NCBI GenBank assembly: GCA_963737155.1
Contig: CAVTRN010000002.1
Location: 576,001-640,000 of the forward strand
Origin: Nitrospirota bacterium
GTDB taxonomy: Bacteria > Nitrospirota > UBA9217
DNA length: 64,000 bases
Direction: 5' to 3'
In this document: in pieces, positions 62,241 to 64,000 of the stretch
How the letters are laid out: every line of letters begins with the position of its first letter
How positions within the stretch are numbered: the first letter of the stretch is position 1
Position numbers and translations under genes: made by a program
Notes under the pieces: model-generated
The model's database searches: none
What the model saw: only the letters and a program-made list of their open reading frames with translations
What the model was told of the DNA's origin: nothing

Positions 62241-63109
62241 AGCACCGATGGCGGGGGAGAAGTAAACGTTACTTCCGGCATGGAAGCGACCGAGAGAACT
62301 CACGCCGGTGTCAGCTCCTACGGCGGGGGAGAAGTACGCATTACTTCCAGTTGAATAGCTCCACTTGAGCGTGCCATTCGGGTTAATGGCGTAGAGGTTA
62401 CCATCATTCGACCCTATGTACACGGTCCCATCAGCACCAATGGCGGGGGGGGAGTACAAATACCCTCCTATTGTAAATCTCCACCTGAGACTACCATTGG
62501 GGTTTATGGCATAGAGATTAAAATCATCCGACCCCACGTACACGGTTCCGTCAACACCGATGGTGGGGAAGGATGACACGGGGCTTCCTATTGAGTAGCT
62601 CCACTTGAGTTTGCCATCGGGGTTTATGGCGTCGAGCTTGTTATCCCCCGAACCTACGTACACAGTTCCATCAGCACCGACGGCCGGGGTGGACTCCACG
62701 AAATTTCCAGTTGAATAGCTCCACCTGAGCATGCCTGCCGTAGCACTCGTATCTACTTGGCTTACCCCGGTTAATTGAATATCCCGTTGATGTTCAGGCC
62801 AAGGGCTGGCGCTGGCAACGTTCACGCCGCTCATACCGCTTATCGCGTACGTTGCGTCGCTAACCGCACGGCCCCGAGCTCCAGTAGCAAGTGAGATGGC
62901 GATCAGGATAAAAGGGATCACTTTGCAGAGGGCGGCGCGAAAGTTGTGCACGGATGACCTCCTCTTGCATTGTCCTAAACCTCCGCGCTGTCCTGAACGG
63001 AGGCCAGAATAGGCGTAGTACCGCACCTTATCGTCAGAATGCTTCGCTGTATTCGCGAAAGCGATGAACCTGGCGTTCATAACACTGCTCTTGCAAATTA
63101 TGCTGCTAT

Positions 63110-63593
63110 TGCTCGGGATAAAACTTCGGGGAAAGCGGATCAAACCAACCAGGCACCTCCGCACTCCGCGTTCTCGGCCAGAGCTTGAGCCTCCTTGAAA
63201 CAAGCACGGGATAGGTGTATTTGGCGAGTTCTGAATGTCCTGATTTCTTCAGTGCGGTACCTTCGACCTCGTTGCCAGGCGCTTAGATATCAGGATCGAG
63301 ATACTCCGGCGTGTATATCAGAAACCGGCCACTTGCTCCATTTTACGCGCATGGGCCTGCCCCGGTAATCAAGGGGTGCCTGATAAAGGTCGATCAGCAA
63401 ACCTTCTGCCAAGCCGCTGACCGCGGCGCTATTGCCGCCGAGAATGACGAAATTCCCCTTATACATGGGAGTTTGACTGCGGCATTTCAAAGGTGATGGC
63501 CTTGTCCGTTTTTGCAACGAGATCCTTCGAAATCTGATAGATGCAGTCCTGGAGAAGCACGATACAGCCGAACAGCAAAACCATCGTCTTCAT
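63110..63593 (-). pseudogene. Degraded Slp family outer-membrane lipoprotein
   Basis: MKTMVLLFGCIVLL..ISKDLVAKTDKAITF, YKGNFVILGG, QAPLDYRGRP, GRFLIYTPEYLDP, YTYPVLVSRRLKLW across frames; end approximate. Confidence 0.7.
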
Positions 63594-63694
63594 AAGCGAC
63601 TATTTTCTTGAGACCGGCCCGACAATTGCCGCCCTGTCGCTCCGTATCCTGGTCCCGCACTCATCGGGGGAACATTATCTCTTTGCAAGGTCGC

Positions 63695-64000
63695 TCAGGG
63701 GCCCGGGTTCGGTCCGAGCGTAACTTGAACAAACCCGTCCGGTCGGATCCACTGGGCAAAGGCTTTTTGAACCTGTTTTGACGAGATGCGTAGGTACTGT
63801 TCGGCGGCCTTCACAGGTTCGTCGAGCGGCAGGTCTTCCTGGGAACGGGTAAGCATTCCCTGTGCGATGTTGTCCATGCTTGCCTCCGAAAGAGGCAGCT
63901 GTCTTACCAGCAGGATTTTAGCCTTCCGCAATTCAGTTTGTGTAACAGGGGCAGTTTGCATTGTTCCCAGGTCGCGTTCCACCATGGTACGGGCCTTGGC
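63695..64000 (-). CDS. M16 family (insulinase-like) peptidase, C-terminal end; starts outside the window
   Basis: PVTQTELRKAK...ISSKQVQKAFAQWIRPDGFVQVTLGP is typical of M16 C-termini. Confidence 0.7.
   Translation of the reverse strand, partial: AKARTMVERDLGTMQTAPVTQTELRKAKILLVRQLPLSEASMDNIAQGMLTRSQEDLPLDEPVKAAEQYLRISSKQVQKAFAQWIRPDGFVQVTLGPNPGP

Larger units (their letters stand above)
60058..62951 (-). pseudogene. PQQ-like (BamB-type) 8-bladed beta-propeller protein gene interrupted by an insertion
   Basis: GTG 62951 after GAGGAGG; six LKWSY..SSPAIGADGTVY..LYAINP repeats before the insertion and two after it (60058-60298); removing the insert restores the frame. Confidence 0.9.

Noticed and set aside
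60058-62730. 120-bp repeats as a CRISPR array or a DGR template/variable pair
   Set aside because: They are contiguous in-frame coding repeats without spacers; there are no cas genes, no intact RT and no separate non-coding template copy
62952-63203. N-terminal extension of ORF 61896-63203
   Set aside because: Overlaps the Slp pseudogene; GTG 62951 has a strong RBS and a signal-like sequence

Overview
A 64-kb accessory-type chromosomal region from a bacterium rich in signal-transduction genes. Gene content suggests Nitrospirota or Desulfobacterota; this is an inference. It holds many two-component and c-di-GMP genes (PAS histidine kinases, a CheB-CheR-kinase fusion, REC proteins, REC-PAS-GGDEF-EAL, a stand-alone MshEN protein). 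It also holds small redox/detoxification enzymes, envelope proteins, a SNF2 helicase + SWIM pair and about ten recognisable pseudogenes. Mobile DNA comprises an IS607 element with an atypical TnpB, an IS1182 with clear inverted and direct repeats, a 248-bp IS1202-like miniature element with a 16-bp target duplication, a 5'-truncated group II intron, decayed tRNA-fMet 3' ends and degenerate attC-like hairpins. The most striking item is a 1.65-kb element (about 60300-61948) with no terminal inverted repeats. It sits precisely at a CTAA tetranucleotide inside an 8-bladed PQQ-like beta-propeller gene. It encodes a ~500-aa protein with Rep_trans-type (rolling-circle initiator) motifs plus a C-terminal winged helix, making it a candidate poorly described rolling-circle or single-strand transposon. 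No rRNA, intact tRNA or CRISPR array was seen. All family assignments come from motif recognition by eye, without database searches.
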